A DNA stretch of 64,000 nucleotides, taken from positions 1 to 64,000 of the forward strand of contig JAWODC010000001.1 in assembly GCA_046483495.1 (NCBI GenBank), written 5' to 3'. The translations under genes and the position numbers were made by a program. The DNA comes from Desulfobacterales bacterium. Its GTDB lineage: Bacteria; Desulfobacterota; Desulfobacteria; Desulfobacterales; UBA5616. Shown in pieces: positions 28,811-39,613 of the stretch (the stretch's first letter is position 1; every line of letters begins with the position of its first letter). The notes beneath the pieces were generated by a model that searched no databases, had not been told where the DNA came from, and worked only from the letters and a program-made list of their open reading frames with translations.

Positions 28811-30754
28811 TTACGAACCGGACTTTTTCAAAAATCGGATGACCTCGTAAGCCTCCTGAACTGCATTGAATATATTACCAGGGTCCCTTGCATCCCCGAT
28901 GATACATATTTCCGGCACGGCATCATGAAGCTCGGTTGTCAATCGATTCACGGATACTGCACCGGCAGCCACGACAATATGATTGAACGGACCTATCTTT
29001 TTCACCCCATCAACAGAACGAATGGTCACATCATCGGTGCCAATTTCCATAATTTTTGTCGATGTTAATATATGTACATTTTTTTCATTCAACCGATTTA
29101 ATAGAAAATGGCGTTGTGGCGGCATCATGCCACGAGCGACTTTCCCAAGAACCTCGACAATCGTGACGTGCTTCTCCTGATCGGCAAAATATTCAGCTAT
29201 TTCACATCCGACCGCACCGCCTCCTATAATCAGGATATCATTGCCCGCAAGTTCACCGGCGAGTGCTTCTGCTGCTGTTAAAGGATTTGCCCGGTCAATA
29301 CCGGGAATTTCAGGCATACAGCCGGTGGACCCTGTGGCAATTACCAAAACATCCGGTTTAATATTGTTGACAGCGCTTGCATCAAGCTCTTTACCGAGCC
29401 TTATGTCGACGTTCAGCCGTTCGAGTTCCTTGACCCTGGAGGAAACCACATTCTTCAAAAGATCTTTTTTCGGCAAAACAGCAGCTGCGTTAATTTGCCC
29501 CCCGAGTTTGGTTTCTTTTTCGCAAAGAATAACATGATGCCCCAAGACGGCGGCTGTTCTTGCCGCTTCTAAACCTGCCGGCCCCCCGCCTGCAATCAGT
29601 ATTCTGCGTACAACCGACGGAGACAGGGATTCGTGTTCTCGCTCTCTGCCCAAAACCGGATTCTGGACACATTTAATTGGATTTCCACGCCAGGCAAGGG
29701 ACAGGCATTCGAGACAAGAGAGGCACTTTACAATTTGGTCGGTGCGATTTTGAGCCGTTTTGATCCCCCACAACGGATCGGCAAGGGATTGCCGCCCGAC
29801 GGCTACAAGGTCCGCCTTGCCGGACGCTATGACTTCTTCCGCCAAAAATGGATCATGTATGCGGCCTACCGCGATAACCGGTACGGATACGGCGGATTTC
29901 ACGGCAGAGGCGCCTTTGATATTGTATCCCTGATCCATATCGGCGGGAGCCATGGTTAAAAAAGACGTCTCATATACGCCCATGGAGACATGGATCGCAT
30001 CAATGCCGGCATCCACCAAGCACTTTACCATTTTCACGGTGCCATCAAGAGAGCGACCGCCGGGCACTCCTTCATCCGAACTGATTCTGAAAATAATCGG
30101 ATAGTCCTGACCGACAGCCGCGCGGGTTTTTTTGATTATTTCAACAGGGAACTTGATAAATCCATTGAAATCTCTACCATATTCATCACGACGCTTGTTT
30201 GCGTAACCCGACATAAACTGGGATATGAGATAACCGTGCCCCCCATGGATCTCAACGGCATCAAACCCGGCCTCTTTTGCCCGCCGGGCAGCGGCTGCAA
30301 ACGCCTCAACAACGGCTTTGATTTCTTCAGTTGTTATCTCTCCGGGCAAATACCGAATTACCGGATCGGCCACAGCCGAAGGGCCTATCGGTTGGCGCCC
30401 GAATATCGCATCCGGGCGGGTATTGCGACCGGCATGCATCAGCTGGAGAGCGGCTTTTGAACCATTCTCATGCACACCGTTAACAGCCTCCTTTAATTCA
30501 GGAATAAAACTATCGTCCCAGAAGCCAACCTGTTTGGAAGACCCCCTGCCCCTCGGGTCAACGGCAACACCCTCTACGATAATCAGCCCAAATCCTCCTT
30601 TGGCTCTTTCATTTAAGTACGGGCTCAAACGCTTGTCGAAATGAGCGTCGGTTCCGCTGAAAATAGTCCCAATCGGAGGTACGACCAACCTGTTTTTCAA
30701 TACCATGTTTCCAATGGATATCGGCTTGAATAAGTGAGGAAACGAGCATCTCAT
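28811..30754 (-). CDS. OYE-family NADH:flavin oxidoreductase with FeS and FAD domains (2,4-dienoyl-CoA reductase/BaiCD-like)
   Basis: LKNRLVVPPI, ERAKGGFG, EIHGGHGYLISQF, CLSCLEC..C..NP, IAGGGPAGLEAA. Confidence 0.9.
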   Translation of the reverse strand: MRCSFPHLFKPISIGNMVLKNRLVVPPIGTIFSGTDAHFDKRLSPYLNERAKGGFGLIIVEGVAVDPRGRGSSKQVGFWDDSFIPELKEAVNGVHENGSKAALQLMHAGRNTRPDAIFGRQPIGPSAVADPVIRYLPGEITTEEIKAVVEAFAAAARRAKEAGFDAVEIHGGHGYLISQFMSGYANKRRDEYGRDFNGFIKFPVEIIKKTRAAVGQDYPIIFRISSDEGVPGGRSLDGTVKMVKCLVDAGIDAIHVSMGVYETSFLTMAPADMDQGYNIKGASAVKSAVSVPVIAVGRIHDPFLAEEVIASGKADLVAVGRQSLADPLWGIKTAQNRTDQIVKCLSCLECLSLAWRGNPIKCVQNPVLGREREHESLSPSVVRRILIAGGGPAGLEAARTAAVLGHHVILCEKETKLGGQINAAAVLPKKDLLKNVVSSRVKELERLNVDIRLGKELDASAVNNIKPDVLVIATGSTGCMPEIPGIDRANPLTAAEALAGELAGNDILIIGGGAVGCEIAEYFADQEKHVTIVEVLGKVARGMMPPQRHFLLNRLNEKNVHILTSTKIMEIGTDDVTIRSVDGVKKIGPFNHIVVAAGAVSVNRLTTELHDAVPEICIIGDARDPGNIFNAVQEAYEVIRFLKKSGS

Positions 30755-30972
30755 ATTTTTCAGCTTAACGGTTTTGAGGTGATCGAAATGTTGCCTTTGT
30801 GCGAAGAAGCAATATCATTCTTCTTCCATGCTACCGAGGAGTTGTTTGCGGCGGCTCACGGTTTAAAGCATGAATGACGTTGTATTTGAAATATTATTTT
30901 CGACAAGCAAATCATTTTGTCAACAAATATTTTTTTTACCTGAAAACCGATCTGAATGAATCAAATTAAATA

Positions 30973-31044
30973 TGAAAGCATAACTTACATATTCATATTT
31001 TTTTTATTTGACATTCCATTCATTATGTGTAAGCTTTAATTACA
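30973..31044 (+). promoter_or_regulatory. Promoter TTGACA-16-TAAGCT with two TG(T/A)AA-N7-TTACA operators
   Basis: Operators 30973-30989 and 31028-31044; -35 at 31008-31013. Confidence 0.65.
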
Positions 31045-31124
31045 CTTGATCAATAGCTACGATTATCGTCCGACTTGCCTCTTAGTGCCGCCTCATGCGT
31101 TTAAAGAAGCAAAAGGAGACAAAT

Positions 31125-32195
31125 ATGGCCCATGATATTTACCATTTGCTTAGAGAACGGTTGGATCGATACTCTCATGGCTTTGCCGCAACCGAATCCG
31201 GAATCGAGATAAAAATACTTGAGCGGTTCTTTACAGTTGAAGAAGCCCATATGTATTTGCATCTTTCCGATAAATTACAGTCGACGGTTGAGATAGCTGA
31301 AAAATCCGGTCTTCCTATCGAAAAAGCGTCTGATTTGCTGCACCAAATGACGGAAAAGGGACTTACATTTCCAAAATTTTCAAAAAAGCCCGATGCCCCC
31401 TGTTATTTTGCCGCTGCGCCATGGAGCCATGGTATTTGGGAGCATAATGCAAGATTCCTGGATAGGGGAACCTCGGAGATGATCTTGGATTATTTTCGTC
31501 AGGGGGTTTTTACGCGGGGGCCAAATCCGATTAGAAGCATACCCGTAAATTCTTCGATACAAGCAAATCAAAAAATTGCTCCCTTCGATAACGTAAAGTC
31601 TATTATTTTGAGCAAAAACCTTATCAGCGTTACTCCATGCGCCTGCCATGACGCCCATAGTGCCGCAGGGTACCGTTGCGACCGGGACCGTGAGGTTTGC
31701 ATATGGTTTGACTTTTATGCGGAATATTATATCGCGCAAAAAAAGGCGCGTCGCATCTCGGCGGACGAAGCTATGGCATTATTGATAAAAACCGAAAAGG
31801 CCGGCCTTGTTCACCAGATGGCAAACAGCCTTAGTCCGGACTCAATCTGCAATTGCTGCCCCGAATGCTGCCTTGGCATGAAGTTCCTTAAAAAAATGCG
31901 CAAACCAGCAAAGGCAACCGTTACCAATTTTCAGGCACGGATCTATTCCGAAATGTGCTCCGGCTGTGGAACCTGCATGGATCGATGCCCTGTGAATGCC
32001 GTGACGGTGAACCGGGATGCCGTCGCCGAAATTAATCCTGACAGGTGTATCGGCTGCGGTTTATGCGTAAGCACCTGTCCTGAGGGGGCATTGAGCCTGA
32101 GGCAAAAGCCGGAAGAAGCATACTGGATTCCGCCGTTAAGTGCACCTGTCATGAGACCGTCAAAAGAAATAGAAGACAGCATCACTTCCGGATGA
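31125..32195 (+). CDS. HTH-containing 4Fe-4S dicluster protein (paralogue of 2436..3524)
   Basis: AGGAG RBS; PCAC, ICNCCPECC, two CxxCxxCxxxCP motifs. Confidence 0.85.
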   Translation: MAHDIYHLLRERLDRYSHGFAATESGIEIKILERFFTVEEAHMYLHLSDKLQSTVEIAEKSGLPIEKASDLLHQMTEKGLTFPKFSKKPDAPCYFAAAPWSHGIWEHNARFLDRGTSEMILDYFRQGVFTRGPNPIRSIPVNSSIQANQKIAPFDNVKSIILSKNLISVTPCACHDAHSAAGYRCDRDREVCIWFDFYAEYYIAQKKARRISADEAMALLIKTEKAGLVHQMANSLSPDSICNCCPECCLGMKFLKKMRKPAKATVTNFQARIYSEMCSGCGTCMDRCPVNAVTVNRDAVAEINPDRCIGCGLCVSTCPEGALSLRQKPEEAYWIPPLSAPVMRPSKEIEDSITSG

Positions 32196-32207
32196 ACTCA
32201 CCTGGAC

Positions 32208-32573
32208 ATGATTTTTATCGGCACCATTCAATTTAATCGCCCCCAACGATTAAATGCGCTTACACTTAATATGTCAAAGCGGTTACTCAAAGAGCTGACA
32301 GCCTGGGAAAAGGACGACAACATTCGAACAATCGTCATCACCGGTAGAGGAAGAGCTTTCTGCTCTGGAGCGGATATAAATTCCGATGAAAATAAGGATG
32401 ATTTAACAGGAGAAATTGTAAGTGTTCTAAATGCCGTCATTCTTAAAATCAAAGACATTTCCAAACCCGTCATTGCATCCATAAGAGGGTACGCCAGCGG
32501 CGCAGGCTTCAGTCTTGTTCTTCCGTGCGGCCTTGCCATCGCTTCCGAAACCGATTTTTTGCATCCCGAATAA
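32208..32573 (+). pseudogene. Truncated enoyl-CoA hydratase/isomerase
   Basis: FNRPQRLNAL, ITGRGRAFCSGAD, SKPVIASIRG..SGAG; only 121 aa, C-terminal half missing. Confidence 0.8.
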
Positions 32574-32679
32574 AATGCATACATTCCAATGAACAGGGAA
32601 TTATATGTGGAGATTCAGAGTGGAAAAATAAAATTTTAGGCATCCGTGGAAAACCGGAAAAAATGTGGGAGGATTCTTT

Positions 32680-34323
32680 ATGAATGTCGATTCTGAACTG
32701 AATATGATGCGCAGATTTTGTGTTGGGGACATATTGAGAAGAGTTTCTTGCAACAAACCTCATAAAACAGCATTTATTTACAGCTACGCAGGGGAAATAA
32801 AACGACGCCTTACGTTCAAAGAGTTGAACACCGAGGCAAACAGGTTTGCAAACGCCTTAAAGCAAATGGGGGTTGAAAAAGGAGACCGGATTGCCATCAT
32901 TTCATATAACTGTATTCAGTATGTTATTTATGTTTTGGCGCTTGCGAAAATCGGCGCATGGATTACTCCCTTCAATTTTGCATTGAAAGGGAGAGAAATA
33001 AAGGACCTGGTCAATCATAGTGAACCGGTAATGCTTATTGTTGAAGACGATATCACCCGGACCATTCTTGAAATAGCCGATGAACTGCCGAGCATCAAAA
33101 ATTTTATAATGATCGATCTTAACGGCAAAACCCCCCTGCCGAAAACATGGCTGGATTTTGATTCCTTATGTTCAGAACAATATCCCGATGATGAACCAAA
33201 TGAAATTATAACCGGTGACGATGTCTGCTGCCTTATGTACACGAGTGGTACAGAAGCAATGCCCAAGGGCGTCATGAATACACACGGAAACTGGTACGCA
33301 ACCCTGCTGAGTGGTCTTACGGATTTTGGCCGGCTCATGTCCGAAGATTCACTTGCTCTTGGCGTGGCGCCCTTTTTCCATGTCGCGGGCATTTCCGCCA
33401 TTCTTGGATATGTAAATATCGGTGCGACAACCGTCCTGCTCCATCGCCCGGACCCCGACCTGGTGATGAAGGCCTTCAGAAGCTTTAAATTTACAGATGC
33501 CAATCTTGCCCCAACCGTACTTGCAAATTTACTGAACATGCCCGAGGGCGAAAAGTTAATCAGGTCTCTTTTCGGGTCACTGAGGTACGCGACCCTCTAC
33601 GGGAGCCCCACAAATGACGCCATGATGAAAAAAATCATGGACCTGTTGCCGAACACCTCGTTTCAGAATTATTATGGGCAATCGGAATTGACGCCGCTCG
33701 GCACAACACTTACGTCAAAAGACCTTTTACGAAAAATGAAAGAATCCAACCAGCGGTTCAATGGGGCAGAGGCCATCGGGCAGTCTCATGCCATGGTTGA
33801 GATGAAAATCGTCGACTCGAATGATGATGAACTGCCTCCTGGAGAAACCGGTGAAATGGTGGCACGGGGCCCTTCCGTTATGCTTGGATATTACAAGGAA
33901 GAGGAAAAAACCGATGCAACTTTCAAAAACGGCTGGCACCACACGGGGGATTTGGCCGTTATGGATGAAGAACGCTTTTACTATTTCGTGGACCGAAAGA
34001 AAGATATTATCAAATCGGGGGCCGAAAACATATCCTCTGTAGAGATCGAACAGTGGATAGCCACCCACCCAAAAGTGGGGGAATGCTGCGTTTTGGGTCT
34101 TTACCACCCCAAATGGGTAGAAGCCGTCACAGCTTTTGTAGTACCCCAGCAATCCGAAAAAATAACATCTGAAGAAATAAGGGCGTTTTGCAAGGAGGGG
34201 CTTGCCGGCTATAAGGTTCCAAAGAAAGTAATAATTTTAGACGAAATCCCTAAGCTTCCAAGTGGTAAATTTCTAAAGCGGGATTTAAAATCAGCATATC
34301 AACATCTATATGAAGACGTTTAG
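32680..34323 (+). CDS. Acyl-CoA synthetase / fatty-acid-CoA ligase
   Basis: MYTSGTEAMPKG, YYGQSE, WHHTGD, DRKKDIIKSGAENI, SGKFLK. Confidence 0.93.
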   Translation: MNVDSELNMMRRFCVGDILRRVSCNKPHKTAFIYSYAGEIKRRLTFKELNTEANRFANALKQMGVEKGDRIAIISYNCIQYVIYVLALAKIGAWITPFNFALKGREIKDLVNHSEPVMLIVEDDITRTILEIADELPSIKNFIMIDLNGKTPLPKTWLDFDSLCSEQYPDDEPNEIITGDDVCCLMYTSGTEAMPKGVMNTHGNWYATLLSGLTDFGRLMSEDSLALGVAPFFHVAGISAILGYVNIGATTVLLHRPDPDLVMKAFRSFKFTDANLAPTVLANLLNMPEGEKLIRSLFGSLRYATLYGSPTNDAMMKKIMDLLPNTSFQNYYGQSELTPLGTTLTSKDLLRKMKESNQRFNGAEAIGQSHAMVEMKIVDSNDDELPPGETGEMVARGPSVMLGYYKEEEKTDATFKNGWHHTGDLAVMDEERFYYFVDRKKDIIKSGAENISSVEIEQWIATHPKVGECCVLGLYHPKWVEAVTAFVVPQQSEKITSEEIRAFCKEGLAGYKVPKKVIILDEIPKLPSGKFLKRDLKSAYQHLYEDV

Positions 34324-34363
34324 ATGGCGTTCCTGATAACAATATCTCTGGAAGGTATGTACG

Positions 34364-35872
34364 ATGAAGCGAGAAAGCCACAGTTATGATGCCGTTATTA
34401 TCGGCGCCGGTATCGGGGGATTGATCACCGGCGCCATACTTGCCACAAAAGAAGACTGGAAAATACTTGTGCTCGAACAGTCCGATGTTATCGGAGGAAA
34501 ATGCTATTCATTTGAGCACTTCGATGGTGATGAAGACACCTTTAGAAATAGGCTGCTTCTAAATGCCCGAAGCAGACTGCTGCAGTCAAACCCACCACTT
34601 GACCACCTGATAAAAACCAAAACTTTTTCGTCCTATATATTTGAAGGAGGATATCACGCCATACAGGGTGGCGATAGAAGCCGCGTCTCTTTTATATCAG
34701 CCGCATTAGGGGCGGATCTGCCGGTACATAACAGCAGGGGGGTTCGCATATACGGCAACGGCAAATGGAACGACCTCCGCTACCTGATGAGAAACTGGAC
34801 TCCCGATGAATTCAAAGAGGGAAATAGAATTTCGAGGGAAATGGCTTTGATGTCGCCGCAGGAGGCTGCATGCTATGATCACATCGATCTCTCTTCGTAT
34901 ATCCGATCGAAAACCCGCAGCAAAAATATACAGGCCTTTCACGAATGGGTTGCGGCATATTCCGTGGGTTTAAATGATCCTGGAATGGTGTCTGCTGGAG
35001 AATATATACGGGCGGGATTAATTATCCAGTGCGCGGGTCGCAGATTCGACAACGGCGGGGCAGGACAACCCGTCGGGGGTTACAATGCCATGACGCGTCT
35101 TTTTGCCCGATTAATTGAAGAAAAAGGAGGGCTCATCAAAACCGGTGCCCCGGTCGTTGAGATTCTTGCCAGGGATTACGTCGCTGTCGGCGTAAGGACG
35201 GCTGATGATGATTACCTTTCCAAATTAATCATATGCAATGTGCCTGTTCAGAGGGCTCTCACCCTCTTACCGGACGATCACTGGCCCGAAGAGCATCGAA
35301 AGCAGGTTGAAACAAAACAGCCCCTTGCAGGTATTCACGGGTGGATCAATGTAAAAAAACAGTTGGATCCCGAATTCGAGGGATTTTATATTGTCCCGCC
35401 GCTACCCGGATGCAGGGCTTCGGACGGTTTTCGGGGGGATGTAACTTGTGCTTTTGAAGACCTCGCCACGCATGATAAAAACAGGGCCCCAGACGGCGAG
35501 GGACTTATCGCTTTTTTTGCTGGACTCCTCCCGCGCAATCCCGATGAAATACATAATAAAGAACTGCAGAATAAAATAATCAACGGTCTCTTTTCATTTT
35601 TCAGGGAAGAGTGTCCTGATTTTGATAAGAATGTCAACTGGTATACAATTCTGGCCGGTGAAGAGTTCTATAGTGTCTCCACAACACCAGGAATGATTGG
35701 AGATCGATTCTTGCCGATTAAACATCCCCTTGTCAAAAATCTTTTTTTTACGGGAGACAGCGTCGAAAGCTGGGGGTTGGGGATCAACTTTGCCGCAGGT
35801 AGTGCGGTCCGCTGTGCTTCAGCTGCATCAGGAAAAAATTATTCAACGATACTGCCTTTCTACATGAGATAG
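34364..35872 (+). CDS. Phytoene-dehydrogenase-like (COG1233) FAD-dependent oxidoreductase
   Basis: DAVIIGAGIGG..VLEQ...GG; PVGG; NLFFTGDS. Confidence 0.8.
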   Translation: MKRESHSYDAVIIGAGIGGLITGAILATKEDWKILVLEQSDVIGGKCYSFEHFDGDEDTFRNRLLLNARSRLLQSNPPLDHLIKTKTFSSYIFEGGYHAIQGGDRSRVSFISAALGADLPVHNSRGVRIYGNGKWNDLRYLMRNWTPDEFKEGNRISREMALMSPQEAACYDHIDLSSYIRSKTRSKNIQAFHEWVAAYSVGLNDPGMVSAGEYIRAGLIIQCAGRRFDNGGAGQPVGGYNAMTRLFARLIEEKGGLIKTGAPVVEILARDYVAVGVRTADDDYLSKLIICNVPVQRALTLLPDDHWPEEHRKQVETKQPLAGIHGWINVKKQLDPEFEGFYIVPPLPGCRASDGFRGDVTCAFEDLATHDKNRAPDGEGLIAFFAGLLPRNPDEIHNKELQNKIINGLFSFFREECPDFDKNVNWYTILAGEEFYSVSTTPGMIGDRFLPIKHPLVKNLFFTGDSVESWGLGINFAAGSAVRCASAASGKNYSTILPFYMR

Positions 35873-36002
35873 AGTTAACTTTACGCAACCAATTATCCTT
35901 TTGTTTGTCGGGAGAGCTGCTTCTTACAGGCTTTAATGTTTTCCGGCCCTTTAGACTGAAACTTGGGTTCTTTCAAAAAATCATTCCAGGAGAGTTAAAA
36001 CA

Positions 36003-36794
36003 ATGGTCTATGAAACGATAACCTATATAAAAGAAAGGCAAGTCGCTGTTATTACACTCAATCGTCCTCAAAGACGAAACGCTTGGAATTATCGAATGCG
36101 CGACGAGGTGACCAGCGCTATCGAGGCCATCACCGACGATACGGAAATTCGTGTTTTGATCTTGACCGGAGCGGGTCCCAGCTTCTGTTCAGGAGCGGAT
36201 GTCACCGATCTTATTGCGCCGGCGGTTGAACAAAGCGATATAGACCGGCTTCCGCTGGATAAGAATGTCGTCTGGATAGCGGCTCAGCTCCGAAATCTGG
36301 AAATACCCATTATCGCAGCTATAAACGGTCCCGCCGTAGGCCTCGGCCTTTCTCTTGCTTTGGCCGCAGATATTCGAATCGCGTCGGAAAGAGCCACTTT
36401 CTCTCTTGCTTTTATCAAGAGAGGATTCGTACCGGATACTGGAGCTACATTTTTTCTGTCGCGATTGATCGGGACGGGGCGAGCGTGTGAGTTTGTCTTC
36501 ACCGGGGATTCAATACCCGCCGAAAAAGCCGAACAAATCGGAATGGTCAATTCGGTCGTTCCGCATGACAATCTTCTAAAGTCAGCAAAAGATTTAGCCG
36601 CAAGAATCGCCGGCAACCCACCGATAGCAATAAAACTGGCAAAAACCGCTATCTATCGGGGCGCAGAATCAGATCTTTTTTCCCAGCTTAAACACGAGCT
36701 GTTATCCAACAAAGTCGTACTGAGGACAGAGGATTATAAAGAAGCGATGGCCGCTTACATGGAAAAGAGAGAACCTGTTTTCAAGGGGCGATAA
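36003..36794 (+). CDS. Enoyl-CoA hydratase/isomerase (PaaG-like)
   Basis: ITLNRPQRRNA, LTGAGPSFCSGAD, AFIKRGFVPDTG, EKREPVFKGR. Confidence 0.92.
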   Translation: MVYETITYIKERQVAVITLNRPQRRNAWNYRMRDEVTSAIEAITDDTEIRVLILTGAGPSFCSGADVTDLIAPAVEQSDIDRLPLDKNVVWIAAQLRNLEIPIIAAINGPAVGLGLSLALAADIRIASERATFSLAFIKRGFVPDTGATFFLSRLIGTGRACEFVFTGDSIPAEKAEQIGMVNSVVPHDNLLKSAKDLAARIAGNPPIAIKLAKTAIYRGAESDLFSQLKHELLSNKVVLRTEDYKEAMAAYMEKREPVFKGR

Positions 36795-36902
36795 TTCATT
36801 GAAGCAGCCGCAGTGAAAAGCCCGAACCGCCTTGCCGTGGGAAGAAGGCCATCATATGATCGAAGAATTTACGATGCCGGGCACCACAGTGCTTTCTATC
36901 CA

Positions 36903-37016
36903 AGTGCCATTTATCTTGGCACCGGCAAATTCAGGCTTGTTCCGGGGACTGATACACTGGACGATGATGCCATCCTCGAATCCCGAAAGCTCGCGGAAAG
37001 GCTAAACGGTATTTAA
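36903..37016 (+). pseudogene. About 110-bp remnant of a second fwdB-like gene
   Basis: TGKFRLVPGTDTLDDDAILESRKLAERLNGI* vs TGKAPLILGADALDENAIVESRKLAERLNGIW in 15821..17149; DNA similarity to the reverse complement of about 16748-16860. Confidence 0.8.
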
Positions 37017-37034
37017 AAACGGATACAAATACAA

Positions 37035-38633
37035 TTATAGACCGGCAGCATGATTTGCCGACCTGTATCCAAAAACCACTCCTTGTCCCAATGTTCCGCC
37101 GGCACCGGGATAAATATTTCCAAGAAATGCTGCTGCGGCATTTCCTGCTGCATACAAACCCGAGACTGTTCCGCCGTTTTCCAATTGTACGCGGCCGAAT
37201 TCATCGGTTATCGGCCCCATTTTAGTCCCTAAACATCCCGGGTAAACGCGAACCGCCTGAAATGGCGGCTCCACACGTTCTATGTTGGGGTGTGCTTCCC
37301 TGAATCGATCGCCCATGTACCGGTCGTAAGGGCTCTCACCTCGATGAAAATCGTCATCTCTTTCTCGTACGGCCATTTCATTCCAGTGCTCCAGTGTAGC
37401 CTTCAAATTCTCGGCAGGCACCCCGATTTTCCCCGCGAGTTCTTCTATTCCTTTGGACTTGTTCATGTAGGATTTGGCGGGTTGAAAAGGTGAAGTGACG
37501 CCACGGATATAATGTTTGACATAATAGTTCCCCCAAATAAGCCACACCCGATTCAGCATGGGATCCTCATCCAGCGCAAGAATGCCTCCCACGGAATTAT
37601 AACAGGCAGATTCGTTGGTGAACCGTTTACCATCAGAGTTTACCATGATACCACCCGGCCACGCCCTGTCATAAAGCATGGGGTGGTAGGCCCACAGGTC
37701 CGGACCCGGTTTCGAATCGTTCTCATCATAAATTTTCATAATCGGCACCCACCAGCAATAAGGATTGCCGATTTTTAACCCGGCCTCCAATGCCAGCTGC
37801 AAACCGCCCCCTGTATCACATGCCTCCGGTGCAACACTCAAGAATGGTCTGACGGCGGCCAAACGGTTTGTCAATTCCGGGTTGTGGGAAAATCCGCCGC
37901 AAGCAATGACAATGATTGGAGCATCCGTTTTTTTACCGTTAATTACGGCACCCTGTACTTGTCCATTTTGTATGAGAAGTCCTTCAGTTTTACAATTCAG
38001 GGCGATGTGAACACCCGCATTCAGGCAGGCTTCCACCAAAAAACCAATAAACGCGCGCCCCATTGTCTGGTGGCCGAGCATTTTCCGTTTCGCCAGCAAT
38101 GTCTTGTCCCAATTGAGAATGCGGTGGGGGCCCCAGTCCATAGCCTCCCTCACGGAAAAAGGTGGGAAAAAATGAGGCACTTGCCGAATCAGTTTTCGAA
38201 CCCGTTTGGGCCCCGTGTACGTGTCAGGAGAAACGGAATGACCGTACCCGGATCCCTGGATCTCCATGTAATAATCAGGATAATCCGATATGGCCTCCAT
38301 TTTCAAACCGCTTGACAGCATAAACTCCAATGCACGAGGAGAATCCGTCAAAAAGCCGTCAAGGGAGGGTTCATGTATCTGTGGAAAAGCGTTTTTAAGG
38401 TAAATTCTCGCTTTTTCGGCATCCCGCTCCGGATTGTTCATAAACTGGTGTCCCGGCAGCCAGCAGACGCCTCCACTATAAGACGTACTGCCCCCTAACA
38501 GATCGGATTGTTCGATTAGCCAGACTGACCAATCTTTTTTAAGTCGCTTCAGTCGTAAAGCGGCAACCAATCCCGCACCTCCCGATCCGATAACAACTGC
38601 ATCACATTTTGCCGGTATCGCTTCTTTAATCAT
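37035..38633 (-). CDS. 3-ketosteroid-delta1-dehydrogenase-like FAD oxidoreductase (FAD_binding_2)
   Basis: VIGSGGAG, GGSTSYSGG..W.P, YPDYY, RFTNESACY, DDDFHRGES.YD, GTKMG, YPGAGGTLG: all three KstD-type catalytic Tyr positions present. Confidence 0.8.
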   Translation of the reverse strand: MIKEAIPAKCDAVVIGSGGAGLVAALRLKRLKKDWSVWLIEQSDLLGGSTSYSGGVCWLPGHQFMNNPERDAEKARIYLKNAFPQIHEPSLDGFLTDSPRALEFMLSSGLKMEAISDYPDYYMEIQGSGYGHSVSPDTYTGPKRVRKLIRQVPHFFPPFSVREAMDWGPHRILNWDKTLLAKRKMLGHQTMGRAFIGFLVEACLNAGVHIALNCKTEGLLIQNGQVQGAVINGKKTDAPIIVIACGGFSHNPELTNRLAAVRPFLSVAPEACDTGGGLQLALEAGLKIGNPYCWWVPIMKIYDENDSKPGPDLWAYHPMLYDRAWPGGIMVNSDGKRFTNESACYNSVGGILALDEDPMLNRVWLIWGNYYVKHYIRGVTSPFQPAKSYMNKSKGIEELAGKIGVPAENLKATLEHWNEMAVRERDDDFHRGESPYDRYMGDRFREAHPNIERVEPPFQAVRVYPGCLGTKMGPITDEFGRVQLENGGTVSGLYAAGNAAAAFLGNIYPGAGGTLGQGVVFGYRSANHAAGL

Positions 38634-38727
38634 GAAAAACCTCCTTTTTACCTGAACAGCCTAAACCGGTATATGCGTCCGTTTTCAGTCAAGTCCAAAA
38701 TTTCGGCTGCAATTGCGGACGCAGGCA

Positions 38728-39597
38728 TCATTTCAAATTTGGCACCTTTGATTTTATAATCTGCATTATTTTTTCAGCAAGTTCGACCGGATTCCCCTCC
38801 AGCAAACGTGTTTCTTTCTTAATAGGTCCGGACATCATCATGTCCATCCGTTCATCTGCCGAGAGTTCGCTATTGAATACAAACTGCTTTTTCGGCCGGG
38901 GTCTGGGGAGGGAATAGTGAACGAAACTTTTTGCCGATTTTAATTTATGGATGGATTCCTCGGATTCCAATTCTTTAAAATCGATACGTTTTACATCGGA
39001 ACGGGCGGCGTGCATAATGTCCGGTAGTGTTACATAACGAGGACTTTCGGCTTCGGGCTCTATGCTAACCACGGCTGGAAGGCGGCAGTCAAGGGCCACC
39101 CGCCTTCCCCTTTCAAGCTTTCGTTCAACCCTCATCTGCTTGCAAACCGGATACAATTCCCAGGCTGTAATTCCGGTCAGCTGTGGAAAATCAAGCCATT
39201 CTGCCAAAAAAGCAGGAATTTCCGACTCATTGTTGTCCAGAGATCTGCTTCCGCAAACGACGATATCCGGAATTAACGGCTTGATTATCCGTGACAGCGC
39301 GTGAGCCACGATTCGGGAATCGGGCATTGCCTCTTCACAGAGTATGTGAATCGCCTCGTCTCCTCCAAATGCCATGGATTTGCGAAGGGCACGTTCAACT
39401 CGAGAAGGACCGAGTGAAATATAGATGATTTGCCCGTTCGTGGCCTCCTTCATTTTGAGTGCCGCCTCGGCCGCGCACAGATCGGCCGGATTTACAATAT
39501 AAAACAGATCGTCCAGCGCTATCTCACACGTTTCAGAATCCAGATCGAAAGGAAATGCAACATCCACCACCTGTTTTATACAAACCACTATCTTCAA
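38728..39597 (-). CDS. etfB: Electron transfer flavoprotein beta subunit (FixA-like)
   Basis: KIVVCIKQV, VNPADLCAAEAAL, AFGGDEAIH, PRYVTL; TTG start after AGGAG. Confidence 0.85.
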   Translation of the reverse strand: MKIVVCIKQVVDVAFPFDLDSETCEIALDDLFYIVNPADLCAAEAALKMKEATNGQIIYISLGPSRVERALRKSMAFGGDEAIHILCEEAMPDSRIVAHALSRIIKPLIPDIVVCGSRSLDNNESEIPAFLAEWLDFPQLTGITAWELYPVCKQMRVERKLERGRRVALDCRLPAVVSIEPEAESPRYVTLPDIMHAARSDVKRIDFKELESEESIHKLKSAKSFVHYSLPRPRPKKQFVFNSELSADERMDMMMSGPIKKETRLLEGNPVELAEKIMQIIKSKVPNLK

Positions 39598-39613
39598 GAA
39601 AACCGCTCCTTTT

